Below are positions 58,960-64,000 of a DNA stretch of 64,000 nucleotides, piece after piece (within the stretch, counting starts at the first letter, position 1; the number at the start of each line of letters is the position of its first letter). Where the stretch lies: assembly GCF_009914755.1 (NCBI RefSeq), contig NC_060944.1; one strand, written 5' to 3'. Origin of the DNA: the human T2T-CHM13v2.0 reference genome, Homo sapiens. The position numbers were made by a program, and so were the translations under genes. The notes beneath the pieces are model-generated. The model ran no database searches. It was not told where the DNA came from and was given only the letters and a program-made list of their open reading frames with translations.

Positions 58960-59975
58960 TAATAAAATTTAAAAATATGTTGAAGTGATCCACAGCTTGC
59001 CAATACTTTCTAGAACAGGAATGGTGACCAGATTCTGTATTCTGATTGCTGTGTAGAAGAGGTGTCTGAAGAGGTGTACAGCTTTCTCGAGAAAGAGTAC
59101 TGTGATTGATTGGTTTTATCTACCAAGGCACAGGACTGCAAAGTGGCAGTGAGCATGCCACATTTTTGGCATCTCTGGTCTAATATTTACTCTATTAATC
59201 TCTCTTCTTTGTTACATGTACTTGAGAATTGATGAGAGTTTCTTCACGGAAACAACTCTTCCAAATGCAAAGCCATTTTGTTATTCAGTGTAATTCTGTA
59301 CAGATTGTCCTATGTGAGACATACAGTGAGCCAAGAATTGTTAAATGGCAGGCTTCAGTCCTACTTCTATCCTAAAATATTTTTTGCTGTGAACGTGTTC
59401 TGAGGAGATTTGGCAGAATTTGAATTTTAGTTGTTCTCTCCGCATGTTAAGGTTTTCTTTTGAAGGGAGTGCTGATAATGTAATTGACGTTCTAAGAACA
59501 GTGGCTGACATGCATTGAGCTCTTAGCCTGTAGTGGGCCCTGTGTGCTTCATTCACCGTACCGTGTGTAGTCCCCTCGACAGCCCTCTGAGGTACTTACT
59601 CTTGTCCTCATTTTAGAATCAAGGAAACCAAGGCTTAGGGAATGAAGTGACCAGCCTAGTCCAAGGTAGGCTGCAGTGCAGTGGCGCGATCGTGGCTCAC
59701 TGCAAAGTCAAGTGATTCTCCCCAGGCTCAAGTGATTCTCCCACCTCAGCCTCTCAAGTAGCTGGGACCACAGGCTTGCACAACCACACCCAGATAATTT
59801 TATTTTTATATTTTTTGTAGAGACAGGGTTTCACCAAGTTGCCCAGGCTGGTCTAGAACTCCTAAGCTCAAGTGATCCTCCCGCCTAGGCCTCCCAAAGT
59901 TTGGGGATTACAAACATGAGCCACTGCACCCAGTGGGTTTCTAGGACTTCTTGACTCTGTGTCTGTGTTCTTAAC

Positions 59976-60560
59976 CAGGGGTCATCAGCTTTGGCCCATG
60001 AGCCAAATCTGGCCTACTGTCTGCTTTTGCAAATAAAGTTTTATTGGAACACAGCTGTCTTAGTCTGCTTGGGTTGGTGTAACAGAATATCATAGACTGG
60101 ATGTCTTCAACAACAGGCATTTATTTCTTACAGTTTTGAAAGCTAGGCAGTATAAGATCAAGGTACTGGCTGATTTGGTTCCTGGTGAGGGTACACTCCT
60201 TCTGGCTGCAGACAGCTGTGTTCTCACGTGTCATGGAGAGAGAGCTAGGTTTCTGGTTTCTTCTTAGAGGACACTAATCCTGTCATGAGGGACCTACCCT
60301 CATGACTGCATCTAAGCCTGATTATTTCTCAAAGGCCCAGCCTCCTAATACCATCACATTGCAGGCTTAAGGCTTCAACATACAAATTTTAGGGGGACAC
60401 AAACTTTCAGTCTGTAGCAACAGCTATGCCCATTCGTTTATGTATTACCTGTGGCTGCCTTCCTGCTACTGTGACCTAGCGGAGTAGCTGTAAAGGAGAC
60501 CAAATGACCCGCAGAGCCTAAACATTTAGTATGTGTTCCTTTATGGAAAAAGGTTGCTGC
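59976..60560. mobile_element. MER58A split by an MLT1A-like solo LTR (60056-60419)
   Basis: MER58 AAATAAAGTTTTATTGGAACACAGC | LTR TGTCTTAGTC...GTAGCA | ACAGC TATGCCCATTCG. 5-bp TSD ACAGC. Confidence 0.78.
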
Positions 60561-60751
60561 TCTTAACTGGCCCCTGCTCTTGACTGTACCCATGTGGTTC
60601 TGGCCTGTTTAGTAACAGAAATCGTTTGTTTCTGGAACTCCTTGCATCTGAGTATGATTTCAAACGGAAACACACCCTGCCTTGTTTCAACCCACTGTGA
60701 ATCTTGAGTCTTATGGGGTATGGTTATCTCTCTTTTTAGAATGGAAGTTCT

Positions 60752-63115
<2,364 letters not shown>

Positions 63116-64000
63116 CTAACATTTTCTTTTTACATCCCAGTGAAGGCTGTAGGAAACCATTAATCTAAGCTGCCCTGTTTATACCATAAACATTATCTTT
63201 TAGCTCTTATTTCCAGAAAACTTTTGATTTTTTAAATGCACAATGAAAAATCAATTTTTAATTATGTAAGTTGTACATGACTACAGTCTCTGTTAAAAGG
63301 TTTTTAGAACTTTACAGATAAAATGAAGTTCCTTGGGCCACCAGCCCCAAACCCAATTGCCTGTTTAGGTGTATACTTTTCTTTCCTCTCTTTTTTTTTC
63401 AATAAGTGATATCACTTGTACAAGTTTCTCTGCAGCTTTTTACATTCAACACCGTTATCAGGCTCTAGCTATATCTCTCCATGTGGATCTAGTGCATTCT
63501 TTTGACTGGCATATGACGTGTCATGCCACCATTCCATCTCTCGCTCCCCTGTACAGAGGCACACACAGGGTTATAGTGAACATCTCTGTGCAAGCCTCCT
63601 TGGAGACATGCCTCAGTTTCTCTGGTCAGAGGTGACTCTTTGGATTCCTATCACTGAGGCAAAGTAAATAGAACCAACTTCAGAAGAGACCAGTGAGGTA
63701 GAAGACTTAATTTGTACCAAATATATTCATTCATGTGGGTGGGATAACTTGTAATACAGCTTACTTACCCTAACCTCTGTTTATTACAGTACAGAGGTAC
63801 AGTATGTCCTATTCTGTACCAAGAAACCAACCGCATAGCATTTTCCTTCATGCAGTGAGTCCTATAAAGGCCTGTTATAGTGTATTATATTGTCATCATC
63901 TTCCCCTCCATGGCAGAATGTCCCTGTGCAAGCCCTGACTCATGTGTCAGTGGGCCAGCTGCCTAGAGGCCTCCCTCCCTGTCCGTCTTCCCGCCGCTCA

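Overview
Human genomic DNA: it is very Alu-rich and contains a hominoid-specific SVA. The only protein-coding gene is the 5' end of ARFGEF2 (BIG2, a brefeldin A-inhibited ARF-GEF; chr20q13.13 from memory) on the + strand. It has a CpG-island promoter at about 36.3-37.35 kb and coding exons 1-3 (37054-37174, 56369-56399, 57034-57157). These splice in frame to [92 protein letters not shown] (92 aa). The first 36 kb is intergenic and, like the introns, is mostly Alu, L1, L2, MIR, MaLR/ERV LTRs, DNA transposons and simple repeats. None of the ORFs in the supplied track is a real gene. I found no new multi-gene system. The observations most worth a second look are: (1) a perfect TISU/YY1 element that starts an 11-aa uORF immediately after tandem CLEAR/E-boxes; (2) a tandem 5' splice site on exon 1 whose +4 shift would restore frame if the 31-nt exon 2 were skipped; (3) a three-layer L1>Alu>SVA nest in intron 1; (4) a consensus-like young AluYc1; (5) several local duplication or templated-insertion scars. 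Repeat subfamily names come from recognition of consensus sequences, and repeat boundaries are approximate.
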